A DNA stretch of 64,000 nucleotides from a virus: positions 23,536 through 87,535 of the IMG/VR virus record IMGVR_UViG_3300045988_125731; one strand, 5' to 3'. Below, piece by piece: positions 1 to 9,977 of the stretch; the stretch's first letter is position 1, and each line of letters starts with the position of its first letter. A program made the translations under genes and the position numbers. The notes below the pieces were generated by a model, which ran no database searches, had not been told where the DNA came from, and worked only from the letters and a program-made list of their open reading frames with translations.

Positions 1-876
1 GAAAAAGATTTCAACTATGTGGGAGATGGAACCGACACAGAATTTGCCGTTCCTTATTACGATGTACCTAATTCATTGCAGATTGGGGACAATGTAAAAG
101 GAAAAACAATATACTTTAATACAGCTTTAACATCTACAAACTTTGGAACTGTTTTTAAAAATAAGTTATTAACTTTTGTAGGTCAAAAAGATGGCACTGT
201 ATATTCAATATATGAATTTAATAATGATGGCGAATTACAAGTAACAAAAACGCAAAATAGAAGTGAAGAAACACTAATATCTTTATATCGACCTACAGTA
301 GGTTGGGTTAATGATTCTTTTACTTTACCAGGTGACCAAGATTACATTGTAACTAATGCTAGTACGAACGATATTGCTCAACGCATTTTTGGTATGCTAG
401 CCTCTTATAAGCCATATGTATTATCTACATATGTAGGCGTGAGAGAATATCAAGATAATTCTGTGTATGTAGAATCTACTAACTACAGTTATAAATTTCA
501 ACAAGACTACATTCTTTATACGTTTAATACAGCACCAAGTAACTTGAGTGATATTTGGATTTCTCCATATATTTCTGGTCAATTTGACAACGTATTAACT
601 GAAAGAGAAATTACAATTCTTGCTGAAGGTATGGTAGTTCCATTCCTTGAAGAAAATAAAAATAATGCTAAATTATCTCGTACATTCATTTATGGTGGCT
701 CAACTAAGATGTATAGTACAGCTAATTTACTTGACAAGAATATTGCTAGTGCTGACGACCAACGTAATTGGGTACAAAGTTTAATTAGTGAATATTCTTA
801 TAAAATGCAATACAACACACAAAACCGTTTAAAACCTCTAGGAACCACTTGGCACGGCAGGGGTAGGGGGTGTTAG
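1..876 (+). CDS. phage structural-module protein, 5' partial (frame is open from nt 1; ORF track gives internal GTG at 19)
   Basis: Long ORF, no upstream stop inside window. First gene of a co-oriented late operon. No motif recognised. Confidence 0.45.
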   Translation, partial: EKDFNYVGDGTDTEFAVPYYDVPNSLQIGDNVKGKTIYFNTALTSTNFGTVFKNKLLTFVGQKDGTVYSIYEFNNDGELQVTKTQNRSEETLISLYRPTVGWVNDSFTLPGDQDYIVTNASTNDIAQRIFGMLASYKPYVLSTYVGVREYQDNSVYVESTNYSYKFQQDYILYTFNTAPSNLSDIWISPYISGQFDNVLTEREITILAEGMVVPFLEENKNNAKLSRTFIYGGSTKMYSTANLLDKNIASADDQRNWVQSLISEYSYKMQYNTQNRLKPLGTTWHGRGRGC

Positions 877-1845
877 GTGAAATATCCAACATCTCATAAT
901 TTACAACCTTGTAGAGAAAGAATAAATTACATTAAAAGTATTGATTCTACCGCTGAAGATAATTTAGTAGATGAAATCAAAGATAGTTTTAAAGATAGTT
1001 TATCTTATAGACAAGTTTATAAAAATGAAATACCTGAAGTGAAATATGACACGTGGATATATAATGGTAATAAACCAGACCAAATTGTTGGTTGGAAATA
1101 TTTAGTTTCCTATCCTTATGATAATGTACAATTTGAAATAGGAGATATGATTTATTGGAATTATAAAGACCACGATAGCACATATTATCCTTGGTTAATG
1201 GTTTCTTTAGATACACAACATTATTATGATGTAAAAGGGCATATTGTTCTTTGTAATAATGTATTGGAGAGATACAAAGATGGCGTGCTAGTTTGGTCTT
1301 ATCCGTGTGTCTTTAATAATAATATGAGTAGCACTGGACTTGCTCAAAGTTCTGAGGGTGTCCCACAGGCTCAGGCTAACGCAGTAGTACAGGCTAGAAG
1401 AAACGAGTTTACTTCAACTATCGACATAAATGACCGTTTTGTGTTTAATGGAGGCACTTTCCAAGTAACACAAATTAACGACCATATTGCTCCAAATTAT
1501 TTAGAGTTCTACTTTAAATACGTTCCTTCTATGGAAGAAGCCGTTGTCACACAGGAAAGTAAAGTATTAATAACACCACAAGTTCTTAATGTACCACTTA
1601 ATGTTGCACAAACATATGAGGTTTATAACTATATCAATGGTGAGAAGGCTGCTGATTCGTTTGAAATAGTTATGGATATGAGAGGACAAGACGACAGTGA
1701 TATTACTTTCGCTACTACGGACAATTCTTTCACAATTAAAACTACTCGTAAATACCCGTTACCAATTACAATTACTTGTTCAGACAAAACCACTGCTGGT
1801 GTTAAGCCAGTTACAATAACAATTACACTAGGAAATAAATGGTAG
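877..1845 (+). CDS. hypothetical phage structural protein (GTG start right after upstream stop, GGGGG RBS)
   Basis: 322-aa ORF tightly packed in the late operon. Confidence 0.45.
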   Translation: MKYPTSHNLQPCRERINYIKSIDSTAEDNLVDEIKDSFKDSLSYRQVYKNEIPEVKYDTWIYNGNKPDQIVGWKYLVSYPYDNVQFEIGDMIYWNYKDHDSTYYPWLMVSLDTQHYYDVKGHIVLCNNVLERYKDGVLVWSYPCVFNNNMSSTGLAQSSEGVPQAQANAVVQARRNEFTSTIDINDRFVFNGGTFQVTQINDHIAPNYLEFYFKYVPSMEEAVVTQESKVLITPQVLNVPLNVAQTYEVYNYINGEKAADSFEIVMDMRGQDDSDITFATTDNSFTIKTTRKYPLPITITCSDKTTAGVKPVTITITLGNKW

Positions 1846-1853
1846 GTGAGAAT

Positions 1854-2462
1854 ATGAATGATACAATTTATAACATTCCGTCTAATTTGTATAATCAATT
1901 TGCACAAGCCGAAAATATTTGCGAATGTATTGTAAATTTCTTGTTCGACAGTCCTAACGCAAAGAATTTTTGGAAACTACTCTATTATCCAAGCCGTGAT
2001 TGCTTATATAAACCTGACTTAACTGATGAACAAAAGCAATCGATGATTTGTGTCGACCCAACTATCGATGGTTCTACAGCCGAAAAGAACATAATCTTTC
2101 AAAAAGACATTGATGATGGGTTAACACTTAACATACCACAAGTGAGAATTTATACTGGAGATTTAATTCCTATTAATGATTATTCAGGAGCAATTGAAAT
2201 CCTTATGGAAATTGTTGTTCCAAATAAACTTAGTTCAGGAATTATTACAGATAAGACTCAAGTGGGAGATAGAGCTTATTTAATTGGTAGAGAGATTCAG
2301 CGTAATATTACACATACTATAATACCTGGTAGTGGAACTAACTCTAAAATCTTTATGAATAGAGAAGCTCCTGCAAGTGTAGGAAGACAGAATGGGTGGT
2401 GGAGAAATACTGCCAATAAAAACTATTCTGGCTATTTCTTATGCTTTACTGTACTTTGTTAA
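1854..2462 (+). CDS. hypothetical protein (start refined to ATG after AGGTGA; track start is 1839)
   Basis: ATG at 1839 lies inside the upstream stop region. AGGTGAGAAT ATG at 1854 is the better start. Confidence 0.4.
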   Translation: MNDTIYNIPSNLYNQFAQAENICECIVNFLFDSPNAKNFWKLLYYPSRDCLYKPDLTDEQKQSMICVDPTIDGSTAEKNIIFQKDIDDGLTLNIPQVRIYTGDLIPINDYSGAIEILMEIVVPNKLSSGIITDKTQVGDRAYLIGREIQRNITHTIIPGSGTNSKIFMNREAPASVGRQNGWWRNTANKNYSGYFLCFTVLC

Positions 2463-2486
2463 TAATAAAGGAAAGGGTATTATAGA

Positions 2487-3392
2487 ATGCTTGATATTAT
2501 AGAAACACCTGAATACAAAGACTTTGTACAAGTTGCACAATATTTCTACGGAACTAAAGAATATTATAGTTTTTTCTATGCTAATAACTATCCAGTTGCT
2601 TATATGAAACAAACAGGTATAAAGACAATTGAAGAAGATGATGGTGTAGGAGGAACTAGGCAGGTACAAGTTCCAGAGTTTAAAACTTATTATATTTATC
2701 CAATTCCTATAAGTCTATATGAGGTCTTAGGTGGACTTATACCAATGGTGCTAAATCTTGACGAAGAGAAAATGCAAGGGAGCAATCCTGAAACTATCAA
2801 AATGTCATATTTAGATTTTCTATTGTATAAGACTATTAAAGACAATAATCAAACTTTATTCTTCTTATTATGGGAAGTTCTTAGTCAATGTTTACATTTG
2901 GCAAAAGATAAGATTGATATGAATACAGACGATAGTGGGAAACTGCATTTTTATTTAGATGATGTAGAAATTGAACCTGAAGAGTTTGACGAAATAAGAA
3001 ATATAATTCTTGAACAGAATAATATTGAAAAGGTAGATTTATCTATCCACCCTTCAATTCGTCAAAAACTTAAAGAGGTTGAGGAATTTAAGCGTTCGCA
3101 TAACAAGAATAAGATGTGTTCGTTTGAAGACCTAAAGTATCGAATTATGGCAAAAACTGGCATTTCTTTTGAAGAAATAAATAAGATGAGCATAAGACAA
3201 TTCACTAAGTTATTAGAGAGTTGTGAAGTTCTATCTAATTATGAATTAGAGATGATATTATCTCCTAACCTAGAAAAGAAAGACCAGCAAAACATAAAAC
3301 ATTGGCTTTCAGATATTTCTAAGAGCAAGAAAGAAACTATTGAAGAGAATAGTATCGAGTTTGAAGAAATGAAAGCTAAATTATCAATATAG
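2487..3392 (+). CDS. acidic, helix-rich protein; possible scaffold-like protein
   Basis: AAAGGAAAGGG RBS. Glu/Lys-rich C-terminal half. Immediately precedes the major structural gene. Confidence 0.35.
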   Translation: MLDIIETPEYKDFVQVAQYFYGTKEYYSFFYANNYPVAYMKQTGIKTIEEDDGVGGTRQVQVPEFKTYYIYPIPISLYEVLGGLIPMVLNLDEEKMQGSNPETIKMSYLDFLLYKTIKDNNQTLFFLLWEVLSQCLHLAKDKIDMNTDDSGKLHFYLDDVEIEPEEFDEIRNIILEQNNIEKVDLSIHPSIRQKLKEVEEFKRSHNKNKMCSFEDLKYRIMAKTGISFEEINKMSIRQFTKLLESCEVLSNYELEMILSPNLEKKDQQNIKHWLSDISKSKKETIEENSIEFEEMKAKLSI

Positions 3393-3447
3393 TAAAATAC
3401 TATATATAATAATGCATTATATTACATATTTAAGAAAGGAAAACAAA

Positions 3448-4503
3448 ATGAAGAAATTTTTAATTGGTGTTGCCGATGTCAGACTTTATGCCGATGAACA
3501 ATGCACTTCTTTAGTAGCAAGTTCAAAGACAATGTTAAACAACACAGTTGATATTACAAACTCTGCTGTTGACATTCAAGGTGGTAAGGGTAACAAATTA
3601 CAAAAACGTTTCTTTACATCAGCTATGATGAACTTAACTCTTACTGACTGTCGTTTTGACTTAGGTATGATTGCTGCTAACGTAGGTAGTGAAATTGCTT
3701 CAAGTTTTACAGTTCGTAAAGAAATGAACGTTACATTAAATAATTACGTTGGCACATTAACTGGTGTAACTCCAGTAGGTGTTAACGGTGGTGCTGCTGT
3801 TGGTTACGTTGAATACGATGGAGAAATCTTCGGTGAAGGTATCGCTCTTGCTACTGCTGGTGATAATTATACTATCACAGTTCCTCAAAGTTGGGGTATT
3901 CCAGCAAATGCTTCTGTTTGTGTATCATTTAACGCAATCGATGATTCAGCACGTTATATTACAGTTCCTGCAAACATTATTCCAAAGGTTGTTTATGCTG
4001 TATTAGAAGCAGACCTTGCAAGTGATGAAGCAGGCGAAGGTGTTATTGGTCGTGCTACAGTTGTAGTTCCACGTTTACAATTAAGTGGTACTCAAAGTCT
4101 TGCTTTAACAAGTGATGGATATGCACAACAAGAACTTACTGGTTCTGCATTAGCATTCACTCCAAGTGGAACTGCTCAACCTTGTGGAAGCAAAGAAATT
4201 TATGGATATATCGTTGAAGAATTAAAGAACGCTGCTTGGTATAGTGATGTTAAGGCTCTTATAGTTTCTGACTTAAAAGGTGCTTCTGGCGACGCTATTC
4301 CAGTTGTTGTTTATGCATTTAATGGTCAATATTCATTCCTTTTAACTAATAAACAATTAGATGATTTGACTATTACTGGTAGTGATGGTGTTACTTACAC
4401 TAAAGCTGCTCATACAGTAAGTGCAACTAAAGCAGGAACAATTACTGCTAAAGTTACATCTAAGCCTGAATTAGTTGGCGTTGGAAATATTACAATAGGA
4501 TAA
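3448..4503 (+). CDS. major structural protein (major capsid or major tail) with C-terminal Ig-like (Big_2-type) segment
   Basis: Refined ATG at 3448 after AAGAAAGGAAAAC. C-terminus ...TITGSDGVTYTKAAHTVSATKAGTITAKVTSKPE is Ig-like. Strong intrinsic terminator directly downstream suggests high expression. Confidence 0.5.
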   Translation: MKKFLIGVADVRLYADEQCTSLVASSKTMLNNTVDITNSAVDIQGGKGNKLQKRFFTSAMMNLTLTDCRFDLGMIAANVGSEIASSFTVRKEMNVTLNNYVGTLTGVTPVGVNGGAAVGYVEYDGEIFGEGIALATAGDNYTITVPQSWGIPANASVCVSFNAIDDSARYITVPANIIPKVVYAVLEADLASDEAGEGVIGRATVVVPRLQLSGTQSLALTSDGYAQQELTGSALAFTPSGTAQPCGSKEIYGYIVEELKNAAWYSDVKALIVSDLKGASGDAIPVVVYAFNGQYSFLLTNKQLDDLTITGSDGVTYTKAAHTVSATKAGTITAKVTSKPELVGVGNITIG

Positions 4504-4513
4504 TTAATAATGT

Positions 4514-4548
4514 AGGATTAGATATTTTAACTAATCCTATGTTTTTTA
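4514..4548 (+). terminator. rho-independent terminator (AGGATTAG...CTAATCCT + T7) after the major structural gene
   Basis: Perfect 8-bp stem with T-run. A second inverted repeat, AATCCTATGTTTT at 4536-4548 and AAAACATAGGATT at 4594-4606, overlaps it. Confidence 0.6.
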
Positions 4549-4707
4549 GGTTTATTTATTTTAAGGTACTTGCTTTCAATAGATAAACGTACAAAACATA
4601 GGATTGGAACATTTAGAAAAATATCTAATAGGCAGAAACTGACAAAATAATTTTAGATTATATAGTCACAAATTTGCAATTAATTTTTCTGAAAGGAAAT
4701 TATAAAA

Positions 4708-5040
4708 ATGTTAAGAAATGTAAAATTTGCTACAACTACTGCAAATCAAGATATATTATCAATTCCAGCCGTTAAGGCTTCTATTTGTGAAAGAATGGGT
4801 TGGAAGAATTTAAGCGTGGCTGAAAGGGACGCAAGATATGTTAATCTACTTTTAAGTGGAATGAAAATATCTTTTACTCTTTTATTTTCTGCAGACAATA
4901 CTGTTTCTGTAAACGGAGGAATTCCTAATGCTTTGATTGAAGCGGTTGCTTATGATAGTGGAAGTTATATTCCTGTTACTAAGTCAATTGTAATAGGTAC
5001 TCCTGACGCTAATATTGTATTTAGTTACGATATTCAATAA
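4708..5040 (+). CDS. hypothetical structural-module protein
   Basis: 110-aa ORF with GAAAGGAAATT RBS. Confidence 0.45.
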   Translation: MLRNVKFATTTANQDILSIPAVKASICERMGWKNLSVAERDARYVNLLLSGMKISFTLLFSADNTVSVNGGIPNALIEAVAYDSGSYIPVTKSIVIGTPDANIVFSYDIQ

Positions 5041-5056
5041 ATAGGAGGTCTATTAT

Positions 5057-5716
5057 ATGGCTAATAATTTAAGTTTAGGTATGGTCATAGCCCTAATTAA
5101 AAAATTAGGTGGAGGCGGTGGAGATATTGATAAGGCTATCGCTGATTATATTGCTGCTCATACCAATATTGCTGATGGAATTGCTGGGTTAGACGCTGCT
5201 GGGCAAGTGGCTCCTGCACAATTACCAGACCGAAACCATCAATTAGTTTTACCTTATGTTGTAGAATTAACTAGCGAAGAAATGGCAAACGCAATAGATG
5301 ACAAAACTGAAGATTATGGCACTATTGCTATTGGTCAAGTCGCAACCCCTACTACTAATGATGTATTTGTAGTAGGGCATTTATATCAATATGTATCTGA
5401 AGAAGGCGTATATAATTGGAATGATTTAAGTGATAGTTTTCAAGCAAAGAACTTATCATTTACTAATACATCAGTTGCCGCTTCTTTATTTGCTGATGAT
5501 ACAACTTATGCTGATTTAGGTTTTAGTTTTAAAGCCACAATTCCTCTTACAGGAGTTACGCAAGCAATGTATCCTATTGCTTCTTTTAGTTTAGTTGACG
5601 CTATGAGTGGAAATTATGCTCCAACAGTAGAGTCTTATAATGGCGGTATATACATTTGGGCAAAAACTAAGCCAGACACAGCCTTAGTTATACCTAGAAT
5701 AGAGGTGATTAGATAA
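5057..5716 (+). CDS. hypothetical structural-module protein
   Basis: AATAGGAGGT RBS. Gly-rich N-terminus. Confidence 0.45.
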   Translation: MANNLSLGMVIALIKKLGGGGGDIDKAIADYIAAHTNIADGIAGLDAAGQVAPAQLPDRNHQLVLPYVVELTSEEMANAIDDKTEDYGTIAIGQVATPTTNDVFVVGHLYQYVSEEGVYNWNDLSDSFQAKNLSFTNTSVAASLFADDTTYADLGFSFKATIPLTGVTQAMYPIASFSLVDAMSGNYAPTVESYNGGIYIWAKTKPDTALVIPRIEVIR

Positions 5717-6471
5717 TGGCAGTCGGAATTACTAATTGTTTAGTAGGAAGTAGTGAAAATACATTAAAGAATTTATTAGATGCTACACAAAGTTGTTATT
5801 ATTTATTTCGTAACTATAAAGGAACTTCTATTGATGATTTGATTACTTATAATGACACAAGTAATGTTACTAATATGTCTAATATGTTTAATAAGTGTTC
5901 TAGTTTAACTACAATACCACAATTAGACACTAGTAAAGTTACTGATATGTCTTCTATGTTTTATGATTGTAACTCATTAACTTCTATACCTTTATTAGAC
6001 ACTAGTAAAGTTACTAATATGTCTTATATGTTTGGATATTGTAGTAAGTTATCAAGTATCCCTTTATTAAATACTAGTAATGTTACTAATATATCTTCTA
6101 TGTTTTATGCTTGTAAGTCATTAACTTCTATACCTTTATTAGACACTAGTAAAGTTACTTTTATATCTGGTATATTTAGTGGTTGTAGTCAGTTAACTAC
6201 CGTTCCTGCATTAGATGTTAGTCATAGCAATAATCTGAATAGTATATTTAGTGGTTGTACTTCTCTTAAATCTATTTTAATGACGGGAATGAAAGTATCG
6301 TTTGACATTTCTGCTTCTACCCAATTTGAAACAGATGACATAGTAACTATTTTAAATAATCTTGCTACTATTACAACTCCACAAACACTAACAATGGGTG
6401 CTACAAATCTTGCTAAGTTATCAGACGAACAAAAGAAAATAGCAACCGATAAAGGCTGGACTCTAGCCTAA
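5716..6471 (+). CDS. DUF285 / 26-residue-repeat (BspA-like LRR) surface-repeat protein
   Basis: Six tandem 24-aa repeats of type DTSKVTNMSYMFxxCSSLTSIPLL. GAGGTGA RBS. ATG overlaps the upstream stop. Confidence 0.6.
   Translation: MAVGITNCLVGSSENTLKNLLDATQSCYYLFRNYKGTSIDDLITYNDTSNVTNMSNMFNKCSSLTTIPQLDTSKVTDMSSMFYDCNSLTSIPLLDTSKVTNMSYMFGYCSKLSSIPLLNTSNVTNISSMFYACKSLTSIPLLDTSKVTFISGIFSGCSQLTTVPALDVSHSNNLNSIFSGCTSLKSILMTGMKVSFDISASTQFETDDIVTILNNLATITTPQTLTMGATNLAKLSDEQKKIATDKGWTLA
5854..6285 (+). repeat. coding tandem repeat, 72-bp period x6 (inside the DUF285-like gene)
   Basis: e.g. ttaacttctatacctttattagacactagtaaagttact... recurs with 72-nt spacing. Confidence 0.6.
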
Positions 6472-6496
6472 ATTTTATTTTTAGAAAGGAGATAAT

Positions 6497-6682
6497 ATGT
6501 ATAAAATTCTTTCTCGACCTAGCCAAAACAATTTTGTAACCGAGTTTATCTGCGATACAGAAGAAGATTTACCAATCATAGTGGCTTCTGAACCAGGAAT
6601 ACGCTGGGGTTCAACTTGTTATGTGGCAGCGTCAAAAACTTTATATGTTCTAGATTCTTCTTTGCAATGGGTAAAAGCCTAG
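6497..6682 (+). CDS. small conserved phage protein (61 aa), paralog of 25030..25206
   Basis: AAAGGAGAT RBS. Shared motif (F/Y)xCD..DL...GSxCYV....LYVL...L.W with the second copy. Confidence 0.5.
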   Translation: MYKILSRPSQNNFVTEFICDTEEDLPIIVASEPGIRWGSTCYVAASKTLYVLDSSLQWVKA

Positions 6683-6696
6683 CATAGGAGGTATTT

Positions 6697-7908
6697 ATGA
6701 ACATAGTTGATATAAAAAAGATACAAAAACTTATAGGTAGTGAAGGGGGAGCTGCTATAGTAGTGGACTCTCTTCCTACTGAAAATATAAAACCTAACGT
6801 AATTTATGCTGTGAAGAAAATAGATTATTATACTTCTTTTTACGGATTACACATTTCACCTTTAACTTCTATGAGTGATGTAAATACTAGTGTATTAGCT
6901 GACCTAATGCGACAAAATGGTTGGAAAAGCGGTGAAATAACCGAAGCATTATTTGGTGGTATATTAATGATGGGATTATTACCAGAAAATTTAACAAAAA
7001 TTAGTAATTTTGAAGGTCATTTTATCAACGAATATGCTGACAATTTATTTAAGTTAAGAACATATATTGCTGACGCAGGAGTAGATTTTGACAAATCATT
7101 TGAAAAATTAGATGATTTATATCAATATTTATTCTCAAAAGAATATGCTCAATCAGCTGGATTGTTCACACAAAACTTTACTAATACTCAAACAAAATTA
7201 AGGGAGCATAACTTTGTATGGTCAGAACAAGCACTTCCTGATTATCAATTAGGAGTAGTATTTACACCAACGTATGAATATTATATTTATAATGGTGAAG
7301 AATGGAAGAATGTAGACGACCAAATTGTTGTAAAACAAATAAATAGTTTACAAGGTACCATTACTTTTACAGAAGAAGAAACTTTAAAACTCGCACAAGG
7401 TGCAAAATTATATGCATTACCTTATAGCTATGGCTCTCCAATATTTATTGATTGTATAGAAATAGGAAGACAATCTGAAATTAAAGATGGAAAAGCTAAT
7501 ATATGGGCATACTATAAAATAGGTTTAGCTTTTGACCTAGATGGTACTACTTATACTGAATATTTAATAAAGATTATAACTTCTAGTACTGGTACAAAAG
7601 GTAGCGTATATTGTCAACTTGGAACTAGACTTAAATTTTGGAGAGACGATATAAGTTCTGATGGATGGAAAGAAGTAACAGATGTACCTGGATATAAGTA
7701 TGGATATTTTGTTGAGCAATGGGGAGTACAAGCAAAATCTATAGTAGAAGTATATTTTGAAATTGCTGACGCAGCAAGTGGCAATTTTGCTCCATTTGTA
7801 AATACTAATCCTGATAGTTCAATAAGTTCAGGTGATTATGGATTTGTAATTTATGCCAAAGAAAAACCAACAGGTATGATGTCTTTCAGTTATGATGTTG
7901 AATTTTAG
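6697..7908 (+). CDS. structural protein (403 aa); candidate major tail or tail-completion component
   Basis: TAGGAGGT RBS. Large ORF between head-side genes and the chaperone/TMP region. Confidence 0.4.
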   Translation: MNIVDIKKIQKLIGSEGGAAIVVDSLPTENIKPNVIYAVKKIDYYTSFYGLHISPLTSMSDVNTSVLADLMRQNGWKSGEITEALFGGILMMGLLPENLTKISNFEGHFINEYADNLFKLRTYIADAGVDFDKSFEKLDDLYQYLFSKEYAQSAGLFTQNFTNTQTKLREHNFVWSEQALPDYQLGVVFTPTYEYYIYNGEEWKNVDDQIVVKQINSLQGTITFTEEETLKLAQGAKLYALPYSYGSPIFIDCIEIGRQSEIKDGKANIWAYYKIGLAFDLDGTTYTEYLIKIITSSTGTKGSVYCQLGTRLKFWRDDISSDGWKEVTDVPGYKYGYFVEQWGVQAKSIVEVYFEIADAASGNFAPFVNTNPDSSISSGDYGFVIYAKEKPTGMMSFSYDVEF

Positions 7909-7920
7909 GAGGTAAAAATT

Positions 7921-8451
7921 ATGCCAGGAAAAACAAACGCAGTAAGTGGAGGAGGAGCCTCTACAATAAAAGTAGCAGGTTGTTGCCCTGTTTATTTAAC
8001 TTCTAATATTAATTGGACTGATGAAAAGAAAAACGCCATTATAACTAAGCTAAGAGCTCTATTGGCACAATATGAAGCCTTAGGAGTTTCAATATATCAA
8101 ATTACAGGAACAGGTAGTGTTGGTTCAGTTCAAACGAGTTATCAAAAGGTTACATCAAGTGAGTTATCTATGGATTATGATAGTAACTATCTTTATATAG
8201 GAGGTGCTCCAGTGAGTTCAAACGTCGGACAAATCATTGGTTATACTGCAGGTCTTGCAACGTATTATTTAGAAGCACCATCTAGTTTAGCAACACAATT
8301 GACTGCTATTTTAAAAACTGTATGGTCTGACCCTGAAACTTCGGGTGTTTATAGTTTATATGCGACTATTACTTGGGGAGCAGATTATACCTATGCAAAT
8401 GTAGGAAGCGGTTTATCAATTCCTTATATGAGAATGTGGATTAGTGATTAA
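7921..8451 (+). CDS. hypothetical structural protein
   Basis: TTAGGAGGTAAAAATT ATG. Confidence 0.45.
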   Translation: MPGKTNAVSGGGASTIKVAGCCPVYLTSNINWTDEKKNAIITKLRALLAQYEALGVSIYQITGTGSVGSVQTSYQKVTSSELSMDYDSNYLYIGGAPVSSNVGQIIGYTAGLATYYLEAPSSLATQLTAILKTVWSDPETSGVYSLYATITWGADYTYANVGSGLSIPYMRMWISD

Positions 8452-8482
8452 ATTTTAATTTATAGAAAGGAATACTTATAGA

Positions 8483-9166
8483 ATGAAAAAATTAAAATCA
8501 GAGAGTTTTGCTCAAGATATTAAATTTGAAGATATTATTAGTCTTGAAGAACTTAATGAAGATTTATTTACCGAATTTAAATACAAAGGAAAAACTATTA
8601 TAGTAAAAACATTTTTAATGCCAGAAGAAGTTAACGAGTTAGTTAACTATTGTATTTCTAATTTCTTTGAAGATTTCGACCCAGAGAATTTAGAAGTTAA
8701 TAAACTTCCAGCAATAAAATCTATTTTTGATTTATTAGTTTTGCGATATTCAGCTAATGTAGAAATTGATTTTGATGACCCTGAAGCTAAATATCTTCGC
8801 CTTTTATCTTCACGCTTTTTACAAGATATTTTAAAACTTGTAGAAAATAGAGAAGAAATCTGGCATTTAATAGAAGAAACTATTAATCATCAAATTACTA
8901 TACATAGTTTAAATCTTGTAGCTTCACACATTCCAACATCAGCCGAACTAGATTCTAGTATGGAGCAAATGGGAGCAACTCTTGAAGCATTAAAGAAAAG
9001 TAATCCAGAACTAATAGAACTTTTAATTAATAAGACAGTTGCAGAAACTACCAAACAAGCAGCAAGAGAAGAACGTAAAACTCAAAAGCCAAAACCTTCT
9101 GTTGAAGAAACTACACGCTTAGAGAAAATACGTAAAGATGTAGATTCTGCTGTTGAAGGTAGATAA
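8483..9166 (+). CDS. acidic protein, possible tail assembly chaperone
   Basis: Acidic 227-aa protein in the usual chaperone position upstream of the tape measure protein (TMP). Confidence 0.3.
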   Translation: MKKLKSESFAQDIKFEDIISLEELNEDLFTEFKYKGKTIIVKTFLMPEEVNELVNYCISNFFEDFDPENLEVNKLPAIKSIFDLLVLRYSANVEIDFDDPEAKYLRLLSSRFLQDILKLVENREEIWHLIEETINHQITIHSLNLVASHIPTSAELDSSMEQMGATLEALKKSNPELIELLINKTVAETTKQAAREERKTQKPKPSVEETTRLEKIRKDVDSAVEGR

Positions 9167-9203
9167 AAGGTAGATAAATAGAAATAAACTTTTATAAATC
9201 TAT

Positions 9204-9241
9204 AGGACTAAGAAAAACAATACTCTTAGTCCTATTTTTTA
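9204..9241 (+). terminator. rho-independent terminator (AGGACTAAGA...TCTTAGTCCT + T-run)
   Basis: 10-bp perfect stem followed by ATTTTTT. Confidence 0.6.
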
Positions 9242-9336
9242 CTAACCTATTTTATTCTTTAAACTGCTTTTTATTTTGCAATTTAAGGCTTAAAAATAGG
9301 CTATTTTTGAAGTTTTGAAGAAAGGATTTATAATTT

Positions 9337-9942
9337 ATGGTGGTGTTTAAAAACCATTCAGAATTTGACCGAATTTTCGGCTCGATGTTTTTATATACTG
9401 TGATGTCTAGCGTTTTGGATTCTGTTATAAAAGAGTTTAAAAAGAACTTCAAAAGTAGAAATATTAATGTAGATGTTTTTAAACAGTATATAAAAAGAGA
9501 AATTATAGTTCATAACAATAAAAAAGTTGAAGGTTTTATTTATATAGATACAACTCTTTTACAACTACAAGAAGAAGCAGACGCAAGTCCTGCAACTGGT
9601 GGTTGGTCAAGATTTAAGTTTACGTATGACGCTAGTGAAAATTATGGAGATTTTCCTACGGCTGGTGATAATACAATTAATGGAAAGTATGTATCTTGGC
9701 ATATGATTAAATGGCTAGAACACGGAATGACTATCGACCCAAATTCGCATTATCGTGGTAATATGGCGAAAAGAATCCGTGGCAAATTAATACCTAAACC
9801 TTGGAAAAAAGTAGGAATGTTTGAGAAAACCTATGAATGGGCAAAGGCAAATTATGCTACACTATTAAACAAAGCATTCAAAAAAGTTGGTTGTATTCCA
9901 GTTGGTCAACCTGGTGGACAACCAAGATTACATAATAAATAA
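9337..9942 (+). CDS. hypothetical protein upstream of the TMP genes
   Basis: GAAAGGATTTATAATTT ATG. 201 aa. Confidence 0.45.
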   Translation: MVVFKNHSEFDRIFGSMFLYTVMSSVLDSVIKEFKKNFKSRNINVDVFKQYIKREIIVHNNKKVEGFIYIDTTLLQLQEEADASPATGGWSRFKFTYDASENYGDFPTAGDNTINGKYVSWHMIKWLEHGMTIDPNSHYRGNMAKRIRGKLIPKPWKKVGMFEKTYEWAKANYATLLNKAFKKVGCIPVGQPGGQPRLHNK

Positions 9943-9977
9943 ATTAATTATTGAAGAAAGGAGGTATATGAGGAAAT

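Noticed and set aside
989-4006. Short opposite-strand or alternate-frame ORFs 989..1216(-), 1629..1907(-), 2439..2669(-) and 3779..4006(+)
   Set aside because: They are embedded in or antisense to co-oriented structural genes. They are low-complexity, with no RBS.
5854-6285. 72-bp tandem repeats considered as a possible CRISPR-like or noncoding array
   Set aside because: The repeats are in frame within a well-initiated ORF and encode a known 24-aa protein repeat. There are no unique spacers.
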